Source: Camelus dromedarius (taxonomy: Eukaryota). From it: DNA of 64,000 bases. The notes below the pieces were generated by a model. The model saw only the letters and a program-made list of their open reading frames with translations, was not told the origin of the DNA and searched no databases. The stretch is from the NCBI RefSeq assembly GCF_036321535.1, contig NC_087437.1, forward strand, positions 113,028,001-113,092,000, read 5' to 3'. Below, piece by piece: positions 11,581-25,353 of the stretch (positions are counted from its first letter, which is position 1; each line of letters begins with the position of its first letter). The position numbers and the translations under genes were made by a program.

Positions 11581-11589
11581 CAATTAAAA

Positions 11590-13908
11590 AGCTAGTTGAG
11601 GGATGGAAAAAGGTACTCCATGCGAATAAAAATCAAAGGAAAGCTAGAATAGCAATACTTAGACAAAATAGACTTTAAAATACTGTTACAAGAGACAAAG
11701 AAGGATACCACATAATGATCAAGGGATCAATCCAGGAAGAAGTTACAATAATTGTAAACACATATGCACCCAATATAGGAGCACTATATATATATATAGA
11801 AGGCAGGTGTTAACAGACATAAAAGGAGAATTTCACAGTAACACAATAATAACTGGAGACTTTAACACCCCACTTACATCAATGGACAGATCATCCAGAC
11901 AGAAAATCAATAGGGAAACATAGGCCTTAAAGGACACATTAGACCAGATGGGCTTACTGATATTTATAGAGCATTCCATCCAAAAGTAGCAGAAGACACA
12001 TTCTTTTCAAGTGCACACAGAACATTCTCCAGAACAGATCAAATGCTGGGCCACAAAACAAATCTTGGTAAATTTAAGAAAACTGAAATCACATCAAGCA
12101 TCTTTTCCCACCATAATGCTATGAGATTAGAAATCAACTACAAGAAAAAAAAACTGCAAAAAACACAAACACATGGAAGCTAAACAATATACTACTAAAA
12201 AACCAATGAATCACTGAAGAAGTCAAAGAGAAATTCAAAAAATACCTAGAGACAAATGAAAATGAAAACACAATGACCCAAACCATATGGGATACAGCAA
12301 GATAAGTTGTAAGAGGCAGTTTTATAGCTATACAAACTTACCTCAGGAAACAAGAAAGATCTCAAAGAGCAACGTAACCTTATATGTAAAGCAACTAGAG
12401 AAAGAAGAACAAACAAAACCCAAAGTTAGTAGAAGGAAAGAAATCATAAAGATCAGAGCAGAAATACATGAAATGGAGACAAAAAAATAGACAAGCTCAG
12501 TGAAACTAAAGGCTGTTTTTTTTTTTAAAAGATAAACGAAATTGATAAACCAGATTTATCAAGAGGAAAAGAGAGAGGGCCCAAATCAGTAAAATCAAAA
12601 ATGAAAAAGGACAAGTTACAACCAACATCACAGAAATGGAAAGGATCTTAAGAGACTACTATGAGCAACTATACACTGATAAAATGGACAAACTAGAAGA
12701 AATAGATGAATTCATAAGTACAATCTCCCAAGACAAAACCAGGAAGAAATAGAAAATATGAAGATCGATTACTAGTACTGAACTTGAATCAGTAATTTAA
12801 AAACTCCCTACAAGCAAAAGTTCAGGACCAGATGGCTTCACAAGCAAATTCTACCCAAGATTTAGAGGAGTTAATACCTATCCTTCTGAAACTATTCCAA
12901 AAAATTGCAGAGGAAGGAACACATTCTATGAGGCCAGCAGCATCCTGATAAAAACAAACAAACAAACAAACAAACAACCCCCCCAAAGGTATCACAAAAA
13001 GGAAAATTGCAGGCCAATATCACTGATGAACATACATGCAAAAATTCTCAACAAAATACTAGCAAACGGAATCCAACAATACATTAAAAAGCTCATACAC
13101 CATAGTGAAGTGGGATTTATCCAAGGGGTGCAAGGACTTTTCCTTGCAGAATCAATCAGTGTGATGCACCACATCAACAAATCAAAGAATAAAAACCACA
13201 TGATCATCTCAATAGATGCAGAAAAATCTTTTTGATAAAATTCAGTGTCCGTTTGTGATAAAACTCTCCAGAAAGTGGACACAGAGAGAACATACCTCAA
13301 CATAATCAAGGCCATATGTGACAAACCCATGGCTAACATCATACTCAACAGTGAGAAACTGGAAGTATTTCCTCTAAGATCAGGAACAAGACAAGGATGC
13401 CCACTCTCACCACTTTTATTCAACATAGTTTTGGAAGTCCTAGTCACAGCCATCAGAAAAGGAAAAGAAAGAAAAGGAATCCAAGCTGGAAAAGAAATAG
13501 TAAAACTGTCGCTGTTTGTAGATGACATGATACTATACCTAGAAAATTCTAAAGATACTACCAGAAAACCAGAGCTCATGACTGAATTTGGTAAAGTTGC
13601 AGGATACAAAATTAATATGCATAAATCTGTTGCATTTCTATACACTAACAAAGAAATAGCAGAAAGAGTAATTAAGGAAACAATCCCATTTACCATCACA
13701 CCAAAAAGAATAAAATACCTAGAAAAAACCTACTTAAGGAGGCAAAAGACATGTACTTCGAAAACGGTAAGACATGATGAAAGAAACTGAAGATGATGTG
13801 GATGGAAAGATGTGCCATATTCTTGGATTGGAAGAATCAGTACTGTTAAAATGGCCATACTTCCCAAGGCAATCTACAGATTCAGTGCAATCCCTATTGA
13901 ATTACCGA
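11590..13908 (+). mobile_element. Younger L1 ORF2 fragment (endonuclease to reverse transcriptase), pseudogenised and truncated at both ends
   Basis: Translates to L1 ORF2 motifs [64 protein letters not shown] (13515-13526 = FVDD) and PKAIYRF.AIPI. Multiple stops and frameshifts. Confidence 0.95.
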
Positions 13909-13910
13909 AG

Positions 13911-14020
13911 TCCAGTGTGCATTTTACCCTTACAAGACATCTCAACGTAAACTAGCCACGTTTAAATGCTCAATTTCCACATGTAGCTGGTAGCTACTGT
14001 ATTGGAGCTCTCAGTTCTAG
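13911..14020. mobile_element. MER3-like hAT MITE, partial
   Basis: 'ctagccacgtttaaatgctcaat..ccacatgtagctggtagctactgtattgga' matches one end of MER3. Confidence 0.7.
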
Positions 14021-14029
14021 AACACTGCC

Positions 14030-15700
14030 CTTTTCATCTTTTCAAATGTACTTGAAAATTTATTTTTATAACCTTGGACAAACTACTTTTAATATGATTT
14101 GCTTGATTTCCGTGGTTTCTCTGGTTATTTGGATTCATTTAATCTCATTTTATATATTTGCTCTTCCTTCCTCTTGATGTTATTAACCATAAGCTTATAT
14201 ACTTTATTGTTACTTTGTTTCTCAAAGAAACAGCTTTTGATTTTGTTAATTAGTTCTACAATCTTGTTTGATGATCATTACATTATGACTTTATTAATTT
14301 GTTCCTTCAGCTATTGTATCCTTCAATTTAATTTTTTGTAACTTATTTTTATGTTGCTTCATTCATTTCCTTTTATTTTTTCTGTACTAATAAAAGTCTA
14401 TAAGCACTGCTTTAACCATACCGCCATGGGAACTGATGACGTCTCTTCTGTGGTGTCACCTTCTGCCATTCTGCAATATCAGTTTGTATTTTTTCTTTGA
14501 TTCAACATTTATTTGAAAGAATGTTTAACATTTTCCAGCTACTTAGGGCTTTTGGCTTTTGGATTTTTGACATTCATTTCTACATTGTCATTAAAGAATG
14601 TTGTCTGTTCTGTTTTTGTTTTTTGGAAATTTTGAGGTTGGTTCTGTGGTCACTTGAAAAGAAGATGTTCACGATTCTTTTGAATGCATTACATAGTTTT
14701 AGTTCTCCTTTAACCTTGGTAAATTTTTCCCCACTTGCCCTGCAGAGCTTTGAAGATATATTTTTCTCTTTGTCTTTGGTATTCTGTAGTTTCACTATGA
14801 TAGCTATGCATCTATTTTAATGATCCTTTCCAGATTTCCATATAGTTCTTTAACTATGGGTTCATATCTTACTTTGATAGTGAAAAATTCTCAGCCATTA
14901 CCTCTTTGAATATCACCCAATTTTTCTTTTCTGTATTGGAACTCATTTTAGATACATTTTGTGCTTTCCCACTCAATTGTTCATGTTTCTTAACTTCTCT
15001 CTCATATTTTCCATCCCTTTATTAATTTTTTTGAAGGGTGTTGGGTAATTTCCTTTAATCTTCCAGTCCACCAGTGCTCTCGTCTATAGCAACTTTGATC
15101 ATATCAATTGCATTTTCGTATAGAAAGTTTGTGTTTCCTTTCTCAAACTTCCATTTGGTCCTTTAGCAATATCTCTGTTCTATTTTCGTTCTGTTCCTAT
15201 AGTTTATTTCCTCTCTTATATTTTTAAAAGTGTTAAGTATCTCATTTATACCATCCTATTATATTTGGTTTTTGATATACAATTTTTCTCATTTATTGCA
15301 TCTGTGATTTTCCCTCATTCTGGTCCATTTTCTCATGCAGTTTTTTTATTTCAGTTTATCTTCAGTGTGGCTTATATTTGAATAGTTTAAGCCCCAGTTT
15401 CCTGGGTTTGAAGACCACCTCCACCGAACAGTTTCGCGTTTTGTTCTCCCAGAGCCCTTGCGAATTTCTCTGGTGCTCAACTACTTTTGACATTGATGTT
15501 GTGGCTTGAGGCCACTGGGCTAGGCAGGGTGGGAACTTACTTCCGCTCCCAGTGCTGACCTGGATTTCTGCTTTCTCATCTTCTCCCCCAAAATCCAAGC
15601 AGATGACCAGCTTCCTCGTCACTTTGCAGACTGGTGGGTAGAATGTTTCTAATCCTTTTCGTATTTCAAGTCTAGAGCAGTGTTTGTGACTCCCGGCCCA
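14030..15700 (-). mobile_element. Ancient L1 body fragments
   Basis: T-rich antisense L1 text ('ctcaaagaaacagcttttg', 'aaaattctcagccattacctctttgaata'). Confidence 0.6.
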
Positions 15701-16006
15701 TGATTTAGATCAGTTCTCACTCCTTGGCCTCTAGAGTCAGATCCAGACTCTTTTCATGTGAACATTACATTTGAAACTCCCCATCCCCCAGCCTCTATCA
15801 AAGCCTGCTTTTCCATGAGCCCTTCATCTTGAGTTCCCATTAGCAATTTCACTTTCCTGGCTAGGGATACATTTTTTTTTTCTTCTTAAATTTTATTTAG
15901 AATTTTTATCCATTTAAAATGGAAGTTAAGAATTTACCAAGATAGTGACCAGAATTCCACAAATAAGATTCAAAGAGAAAACTTTTTTTTAAAAAAACAC
16001 TTGCAT

Positions 16007-16088
16007 TCTTTTTTTTTATTGAGCATAGTCAATTTACAATGTTGTATCAATTTCTGGGGTCTAGCATCATGTTTCAGTCATACAGAGA
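16007..16088 (-). mobile_element. Short artiodactyl-type L1 3' end
   Basis: polyT followed by 'attgagcatagtcaatttacaatgttg'. Confidence 0.65.
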
Positions 16089-16921
16089 AAATTAATTTTT
16101 ACAATAAGCCAAAGATGACTCTATTGTGGAGTAAAATCAAGTCAAAATTTGCTTGAAATTTTAAGGTAGTTTGAATATGAAAGAAATTTTGCTTGAGGCA
16201 GAGGTTTGGGCCAGTTTCCTTCATCCCCTGAGGTTACGTGTTTGTTCTGTTTTGTCATCGGGGGTACTTCTGTGGAAAAGTTTGAGAAGCACTGCCCTGA
16301 GATGACCTTGACTTCTAAAATGGAAATCACTCTGTGGGCAAGACCCTGACATGTAAATTACTGACCCAGACTTGAGAGCCCTTGCCTGGCTCAGCGGCCT
16401 GTGTCTGCTGTTTTGTCTATGCCTGTCCTGTCCTCAGATGTCAGGAGGCAGATCTTTAAAAACTATGGTTACTCATGACAAAAAGTTAAAATACTGCAAA
16501 AGGCTGTGAAGTGGAAAGAAAAAGAGCCCCAACCAGTCACCCCTCCCTCCCCGGAGTCCCTTAAGTCCCACTTCTTATGGACCTTTCCAGAGATGTTATA
16601 TTTGCAGATACAGGTTTTTTTTTCTTTTTTTTTCCCCTTTTGACACAAATGGGATCAAGTATACCTGTTCTGCAGATTTAAATTTTTTATTTATTGATAC
16701 ATTTTGGATACATGTAGTTTTACTTTACGTTTTTGGCAACTGTAGTGGATTTCCCATATATTAATGAGCCTCTATTAATAGACATTGGATTTATTTCCCA
16801 TGCTTTTGCTATTTCCAAAAACACTCTAGGGAGTATATTATGCAGACACCATTCTGTAAGGGTATGAGCCAATCTGCAGGGTAAATGCTGAGTCCATGTT
16901 TTGTGCACTTAAAGCTTTGAT

Positions 16922-17090
16922 GTAGTGTGTAACACATACCTTGTATGGCCTACAGTGAAAAAGAATATGAAAAGGAATATGTATATATATTATGGTATAA
17001 ATAAATCCCTATACTGTAATGCTCTATACCAGAAATTAGCACAACATTGTAAATTGACTACTTCAAGAAAAACAAACGAACAAACAAAAC
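16922..17090 (+). mobile_element. Short 5'-truncated L1 3' end
   Basis: 'acaacattgtaaattgactac' plus an A-rich tail. TSD-like ctttgat (16915-16921) / ttttgat (17094-17100). Confidence 0.7.
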
Positions 17091-18984
17091 ACCTTTTGAT
17101 GGACGGGGTTGGATTGCTTTTCAGAACTGTGACCGCGATTTATTCTGTTATCAACGCTGGGAGCATTGCCCAATAAGCAGGACATTAAGAGGCTTCCAAA
17201 TTTGTCCCCTCTGCTTGGCACCCCCAGGTGTGCAGGGATGTTACCGTCTGACACTCTGTCAAGGGCAAACATCTAGTTACTGATGTTAAGTTCAGATTCT
17301 GATGGCTTTTGAGAAACACAGTTGCTTGAGTAGCTTTTGGGATTCCAAATGGAGAACAGACACGGATCAGAGGCTGGGAGGGCTGCATAAAGGACAGTGG
17401 ATGAAAAATACCCAAACATCGAACTTTTTAATTTAACTGTATTATTGCTTTTTGATAAGTAAATTATTTTCAGTATAAAAAAGTTGAAAATATGAAAGCA
17501 CACAAAGAAGTTAGTGAAGTTACTAATACGTGGGTAATTAAATAATACTATTTATTTGAACAGTTGAATGATTTAGTTATAATTAAATAATGCAAAGTAA
17601 TTAATTAAGTACTTAAATAATTTGATAAAACTACTTTGTGTGGGGATAGTTGATACACAAAGTAGTTAATAAAAATAATCCCAGAGCCTGTATTTGGGGT
17701 GATGGCACGTCATTCATGAAAACCAGTTGTTAAATACTTTGACTGTCTCTCTTGTGTGCAGACTGTGTGCAGAATGCTTGAAAGTAAAGATGACATGAAG
17801 TTATACCATGCAAATATTTATGAAAATTTACAATAACCTTAATGATTCGTAACTTTCTCTTTTAACTTGACATTGCCCCTCTAATGAATTCTTCTTTCGT
17901 ATTATTTTTTGGTTCTGTGGATTCTGGAATGAATGTACCGTTATCCATTTGGCTAATTCAAATTTCATTAGACATTTTGGTAATTTCCAACATTTGAATG
18001 TCAAAAGCTATGCTATGTTGAATATTCTCGAGTAGACAGTAGTGTCTCACACACCTATATCCTCAGAATATATTTTTGGATGTGGAATTGCTGGTTCAAA
18101 GTTCATGTACATACATTTTTAAATCTTTTTGCTCTATTTTGCTGGACTGACCTCTGGAAAGGTTGCCTGAGTTTTATTGCCATTAGCAGTGCATAATAGT
18201 CCCAAAGGCACTTCCCTTGCCACTGTGTGCTATTTCTTTACCATTTTATCAAGGAAAAAACCAAACAAAACAGAAAAAAAAAAAAAAGAGAAACAAATGT
18301 GTCTTGCTTTATAACTACTTTTTTATTATCAGTGCATAGTGGCTTTGTATGTCTTTATATGCTATAAGTTGTGCGCGTTTGTTTAAAAAAATTGATAAAA
18401 CTGTTCATGATAAAATAAGGGTATCAAACCTTTGTCATAGCCGTTGCAAATATTCTTCTCAATTTTTCTGGAAACTTCTGGATAATTTTTTTGAAAAAGC
18501 AGTTTGACTTACAGTCACGCCTGTCTTTTCCTTGACCAGTGGGTGTCTTTCAGCAGAGGGTCTTGAGACAGAGAGGCTGAGAAACACTGGCGGAGTGCTG
18601 AAGGCAGATGTGCCTCCTTGCCAAAGGCTCCATCAGCAGAGGCAAGGACCACTGTCATCCCACAGAGTCTGAGGGAGACCGGGGCTCCGGGCAAGGTTTG
18701 CTCTACGGCTGCCTGCATTGCTTCTAAAGCGTCTTGCTATCAGAGCCCCTCAAATCTGGCCACTTTTCTAGTAATCTGGAATAGAGGTTACAGTGAACAC
18801 TCCAAAATATGGAACGATTGTTTCCAAATTCCGAGCAGGCCACCGTGTGACCAAGCCTCCTTCTTTGTCCTTGGTGGCTGGCTGCAGGCTGTCTTTTCAT
18901 GGCCTCTAAAATGTCTCCCTGGGCCTAAATGTCGCTTTGGGTACTGGGACCTTGGATTTTATCCTCCTTCAAAGCCCTTCCATC

Positions 18985-19275
18985 GTTAGTCAGCAGTCCT
19001 TGAGTGGCATGGAATGCAAAGCCAGCTGTTTTCTTGGTGGAGGTCATTATGAAAATGCTTAGAATTCCTACAGCCGTGTTGATACCAGAGAATGAAGCCT
19101 ACATGGGAAGCAGAGAGAGGAAAAGATCTGGGTCCTTGTTGACATCCTTGAACTGCTAATTCAAATGGCCCCAAAGCTCCCCTCCAGGGAGTTTTTATTA
19201 TAGAAGATAGTACATTCCTGTATTGAGGCTGCTGGTTCCAGTTCGGGTTTCTGTTATTTGCGGTCAGAGCCTCCC
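18985..19275 (-). mobile_element. MaLR (MLT1-type) LTR fragment
   Basis: MLT1-like text ('gggtccttgttgacatccttgaactgct', 'ggtttctgttatttgc'). Orientation is uncertain. Confidence 0.45.
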
Positions 19276-22200
19276 AGTGGGTAGAGTACTTATAATGCCA
19301 AAGCCCCACAAACCCCCACAGCTTCTTAGGACCCCCAGGAGTAGCATCTGAAGACTCAAAGCATTGTTGTTATTGTGCAAATCATCTCTGAGATGAAATG
19401 TCCTTTACATTCTCCTCTCTTGAGCCAGCCTTCCCCACCTCTGCTGCCCTTGTCACTTCCATTCCTCATGGCTTCCACTCTTCCGGGAAAGTTCAGAAAA
19501 ACCTCCCATCCTGTGCACGTCATCCCTTTGGCCTCCGGTTTGTGAAGATGAACCAATCACTGCTCATCAGCAGACAGATGGCTCGCTCCTGGGGGAATGG
19601 CTCACAAGGCGGGTGGCAAAGAAGATTTCCAGCCAGAGAAGATTTAGAGAAGACCAATCATGTTGAGTGTCTTTGGTTTGCAATGTCTCCCTTGTCTGGG
19701 GACTGTAAGTAGCCTGGGGTACCACTCCGGGCGGTGGGGGTGTTGACAAACGAGGGGCAATGGGATTTGAGGTTGGTTAGACATCTGGCCTAATGATATT
19801 GCCCTCCAGGACCCAGTCTCTTTCCTTCTCTATGCCTTGCCATCCTTGAAGTCGGCCTCATCTTGGTTTCAAGACGGTGGCATCAACTTGAGAAATAACA
19901 CCCTGGGGAATGAGGGAGACTCTCTTCGGTGGCTTTCTCTTAGGAGAGAGGACATTCCAACTCTTGCCTCACCCTACCTCCGCCTACAGGTCCATGTCTT
20001 TTGGCCATCCTTGTGTCTCAGGCTCATCCTGATGAAATTACTGGCCATCGGAAATGGAGGGTCTCCCTGAGGTCCTGCCGGGGGTACCTGGGAGTGGGGT
20101 GGATGTATGGACAAAGCAGGAGTTTTTTAAAGAAGGATGATGGGGGTAATAGATTCTGTGACAATCAAGGGTGCCACCTATAAATATGATTTGCAATTTC
20201 ACCGTGTTCCAGGACTTGATCTGCAATGTTTCTAACACCCACTTCAACCCCATGAAGTGGTATCATTACCTCATTTTACAGAGGCGTAGACTGTGCTTAG
20301 AGGTTAAGATTTTTTTTGATATTATTAAACAACCCTTTTTCTAAAATACTGTGGTATTCGAGTTTGCAAGTGGGCAGCACAGGGATGTAATTTCCCAGGT
20401 GGTGGGTGGAGTTCAGCCAAATGCAGTGCGATGCCCTCCCACCTTTTGGTGCAGCCAAGAGCTCCTTGGATACAGGCTCTCCCCTGGATGTGCCTCACCT
20501 TGAACTGTAGAGAACCACCATCAGCCAAAACAGGCCCGTTCATAATAACAGGAAGTCTTGCCAGGTACCGAGTGGAATTACACTGGAGAATAAGGGCACA
20601 AGCCTTTCTGGACGGACATGTCTTTCCGCCCCCACTCAGCCCACTCGGGGCCACCCAACAGATGATGCCCTGGGGCCTTGGCACGCAATTAAAAGTGAAG
20701 AAATGCTTAATCAAATCATGCCACTTGAAGTGAGTTGGGCTGGAATGAAAAGCTGGCCAGCGTTGCCTACAGTGGAAATTTACCAGCCCCAAGCAGACAC
20801 CAAATACTCCCAGGTTGTTTTGAAACAGATACCTTTGTGTTCTGCAGAGTTCTGAGATCCGTTTGCAAATATTTAAAAACCTTTCCATTAACAATGATTG
20901 CCTTAGGAGATCACACACAGCGCGCGCACACACACACACATACACACACACGCCTCACCCTCCCTGCCCTCAGAGGCTTATACTACATGCACAGGGGAAG
21001 CAGAAGCCCACAGTCGGCACCCCAAGCACCCTAAACATCTCTTCCAATTGGCTGAGACTCACGCATCCCTTCTACCGTCTGTTGAGACAGCTCTCATTAA
21101 AAAAAAGTTTATTTATATTTTCTCCCCTCAAAAATGTCATGACTAACTTTCCATTCATTATCAAAATATTCTTCTGCCACTAATTTCCCTTCTTGGTTAA
21201 AGTAAACAAACAAGCAAACCCTGTTGGCGTTGCCCCTGGGGTGCATCCTGCTGTAAACAGGAGAAAATTCCTCTTGGAGAAGCTCGAAGAGCCCTCCTGT
21301 GAGAGCTTCCTGTGCAGTTCCTCTCTGGGTGTCAGAGCCATTCGGCACAGAGGGCAAGCAGGGGCTCCGAACTGCAGGGGCCGCGGGCAGGTGACCTTGA
21401 ACGCACTGGGGTGAAGCGTCAAATCCTTCAGGCCTGGCCCCTGTTTCTCAGAGCAGCCCTCCACCCTCCCACGGTGTACCCTACCGAGGGTGCAGTGGTG
21501 TGACCCGGACCCAGCAGTCATTCTGTCTCTCTGAGCCTCAGTTTCCTCAACCATAAAACAAAGCCACAGGATCTTACACTCTCTAAGCCTCCTCCTGCCT
21601 GAAATTCTGGGATTCAGACTCATCAATGTCCCAATGAAAAAAAAAAAAGGCAGCAGGGGGAATTTCTTGATAAAAATCATGTAAGTTTTTTAGATTCGGG
21701 AATATGCCGTGAAGGTCTCTGTGTGTGAGTGAAGTATTTCATTTTCAAAAGGCAGAACACACAAAAAATGTCAGAAAACCAACTCTTCCAAGGCTTCCTT
21801 TCCAACAAGACAGCCGAGAGCGTGCCCTGAACCCCTCAGAGTATTCCCTGCAATTGCAGGAGCAGAAAAGGGGTGCAGGGGTCTTTCTACCACTTCCCTG
21901 AGTGGGAGCCACTTCTCAGCCCTGCAGCTTTCCTTCTGTTCCATGACCTAATCTGTATGACTGTCTAGGGGACTCCGAGATATGGGGACAGGCTTGCAGG
22001 CCTCCTAGAAAAATCTTGGAGGACCTGGGGTGGAGACAACTCCTGACCAAAGAGAGGAGCAGAGGTCTCCGGAGAGACTCACTTTAAGGGAAATCAAGAC
22101 AAAACATTGAGTCTTTTTGTGATAGACATGGCCATTGATAGATGACACTGCCCAGTGTCCCTCAAGAGTCCTTGGACCAGTCTCCTGGGGACTGGTTTTA

Positions 22201-22869
22201 CGTGGAAGGGGTGTGAGGCAGAAAGAGGGCATGCTGTTAGGACAGGTGTGACCTTTCAAAATTGGCCACAAGGAAACAGACATCATTGCCTCTGCTGGGG
22301 AGACTCCCTGGCCTGGAGCACCCTTCAGGAGTGGCTGAACTTCCTGGGGACCCCTGATATAATGGAGGGTCTTGCAATGGGATTAGGTTCTTCAGCCACA
22401 GCCGTGAACCCAACTACATAGGACCTGGGTCCCCTTGGGCATTTGGCGATGGGAAGGAACTTGATGGGGTAGTTGGAAGCTTGGATTTCCATATCAGTAC
22501 TAGGTGGGAGCTGGGAGTCAAATCACACTGGGGCCAATCACAGCCGTCTTGATAAATAAGGGTGAACTAGGGAGATGAAGAGGATTCTGACAATGCTTTA
22601 CCAGCCACACCTCAGTCACGGCTCCCAATTCCAGTCAGGAGAAAAATGGATGACTTTCAAGGGGGAATGAGAAAAATGAGGCTGATACAGTGCTTTCTTC
22701 CATAAATCTAAAGTCATTTAATTTAAGACTGTTCTCTATTCTGAGATTATATCTTCTCCAGTTTTGGCATTAAATGTGTCCTCTTTTATGAAACAATGGC
22801 AATGAGTGGTAGTTTTTAAAAAATGTTCTTATTTGATAAAATAAAAAGTTGGCAAATCTAGTTGATCCC

Positions 22870-23300
22870 TGTGGCCGATTCTGCTAGTTTTCTCTCAGTA
22901 TTGGTTTTTGCCTTCTTCCACACCGAGAGAGGTTTAGAAGGGCATGTGGCCACCCAGAATAAAGCCTATAGTTCTCAGTCCTCCTTGGATCCAAGCATGG
23001 CTATTTGTTGAAGTTCTGGCCAATGAGATGTTTGCAAAAGTGACACATGCAACTTCTGAGTAATATCTTTAGAAGGAAGGGATCTATCTGCTCCCTGCTC
23101 CCTTCCTGCCTCCTGAAGGCTAGAATATAGGCATGGAGTTATCTAGGACTATGCAGATGAATGCAATATACTGGGAGTGGCAGAGCAACAAGACAGAAAG
23201 AGCCTGGGCCTCCATAACCATGGCACTGCTGTATCAATCCAGGATGCTTACATAATGCAAGAGAAATGGCCATTGATGTTTTATATCTTTGCAGATAAAA
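22870..23300 (+). mobile_element. MaLR (MLT1) LTR
   Basis: 'gggcatgtggccacccagaataaa', 'aagttctggccaatgagatg', 'ggcagagcaacaagacagaaagagcctggg'. Confidence 0.65.
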
Positions 23301-23309
23301 TGAATCAGC

Positions 23310-24950
23310 ACTTACATGACATTTACAGAGGTGGAAATAGATGAGATTATCCAGGAAAAGAGAGTAGAGGGAGGAAAAAAGAGAACCTAGAATGGAGCCT
23401 TAAAGAACTAGAACATATAATAGTTATGCAGAGGAAGAAGGACCCCCAAGGAGACCAAGGAAGGGAAGCCAGAAAAACAGGAAAGGAAAATGGTGTGAAG
23501 GAGCCAATGGGAGTCTATATTTCAGGAAGGAGGGAGTCATCAACCACTTCTGGTGATGCTTGGGGTCAAGAAAGAAGAGGCCCTAAATGTGGTCATTCTG
23601 TTTAAAATGGAAGTAATTGGTGACTTTATCAGAAATGGTTTCATTGAAATGATGGGATGAAAGCCAGGGAAGGAGATGAGGAATAAATGGGAGGTGAGAG
23701 ACAGACATTTCCAATAAGTGTGGCCATGATGGGAGATGCCTCTTTTTTTTCTTTTCTTTTGTTTTCTCTTCTCTTTTCATTTCATTTCTCCCTTTCCTTT
23801 CCTTTCTTTTTTATCTTCTTTCCTCTCCTCTCCTCTCCTTTTCCTTTCCTTTTCCCCCTTTCTCTTTTCTTTCTTTTTAAAGAGGTGCAGAATCTAGGGC
23901 ATTTAAGTACTGATGGGAAGGATCTACAGCAGAGAAGAGATGGAAGAAATAGTCCAGAGACAGGAAAATTGAGGGCATAAGACCCCGAGAAGATGAGCAG
24001 CAAGAGAGACAGAGAGCATCGGTGAAGAAACTGACACTTAGCAAGAGGATGGAGAGTTAGGGACAAACTCAGGAATATATGTTTATAGATTTGGTGGCAA
24101 GCAATTGGCTCTCTTTTCTCAGTGAGATAGAAGGCAAGGCTCTTGCACAGAGTGAAGGGAGGAGAGGTGGTTGCAGACATGGTGAGATTGGAGAAGATTT
24201 GGAGTACAAATTGTGTGAAATTGGAGCCTAAGCTGACCAGAGGAGCACATAGAAGCTTTGATGGTCATGCAGTCCTGAGGGCACAGCTGAGGTGGGTTCA
24301 TGCAGGGGTGGGATTTGCCTCCATCAGTGCTCTGCTGGCTGGGAGCAGACATGGAGAAGATGGATGTTGCTATTCATCCAGGGCTGGAATTTGCTAGATG
24401 AGTGGGATGTAAGGATAGAAGAGGAAAGGAATATATAGTATTTGGAAGAGAGTAATTGGAGGACTAGAGTATTGAATCTAAGCAGGATAAAATGGAAGGT
24501 GAAGAGAATGAAAGTAGCGGAAAAGAGATATCTGGGGGGTCATTGGACCAAAGCTTTTAATGGAGTTGAGTAACAGATGTATGTAGCTGGATTATGGAAT
24601 TGAGAGAGAAATTAATATAGGAGGCTACGGTCAGAGAGTGGGGGCACTTGAGTTTGAGATTTAGAGATGGAGGACCCTGAGTGCCTGCCAGGTTCAGGTG
24701 CACATGGGAGTGGGGTGCTGAGGAGGAGGAAGGAAGATGGTCCCTGGAGACAGAAGAACAGGGCCGAGGGGTCAGGATCTTGGCTGAGCCTCCCATGAGG
24801 ATTCTGAAGTAGCAACTTGAACGGAGGTGAAGAGGTGTGCTAAGTCTTGGTTGGATAAAGAAAGTCCAGAAACAACCTAGACTGGGGCAAGGAAAAGAGC
24901 TGAATGTCCTTAGCCTCAACTGAGCAGGTAATTTGCAAAACCAGGAAAGA
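23310..24950 (-). mobile_element. L2 body
   Basis: Purine-rich antisense L2 text ('gagattatccagga', 'ggagggagtcatcaac', 'ttggtgacttt'). An internal CT-rich tract lies at 23740-23880. Confidence 0.65.
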
Positions 24951-25189
24951 GAAATGTTCTGGCAGGACAATATGGAACAAGAAAGATGTGAGCCCAACCC
25001 TTAGCCCCAAAGTCAAGAGCGTAAGAATAAACAGTTTCTATCTGAGAGGGCTCAACAGAAGCAGTATCCCTGGGTCAGCCAGTAGCAACCAGCTCAGTCC
25101 CTCGAGCAACTCCCGGGAAGCTTTGAAAATGCAGGTTCCAGGGCCCCCAGGGTAATTAAATCTAATGTTTAGGGAAAGTGCTTGGTCTT

Positions 25190-25353
25190 CAGGGTCATGA
25201 ATCTTGCAGCCACACAGGGTTCTGTGCTCAGGACGGCCCTACACTTGGCTTAATCCTCTGCTGTTGCCATTTTGAAATTCTTCATAACTTTTGAATAAAA
25301 GGCCCTACAAATTCACTTTTCACTGTGCCTTGTAAATTAGGTAGCCAAGCCTG
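25190..25353. mobile_element. MER91-like hAT-Tip100 MITE
   Basis: cagg...cctg termini and internal 'ctctgctgttgccattttgaaattcttcataacttttgaa'. Confidence 0.7.

Noticed and set aside
12992..13699. Longest ORF in the track (235 aa, minus strand, hydrophobic)
   Set aside because: It is the antisense frame of L1 ORF2, a common artefact.
20325..20951. 208-aa minus-strand ORF
   Set aside because: It starts in a microsatellite, has random-like composition and lacks splice or domain support.
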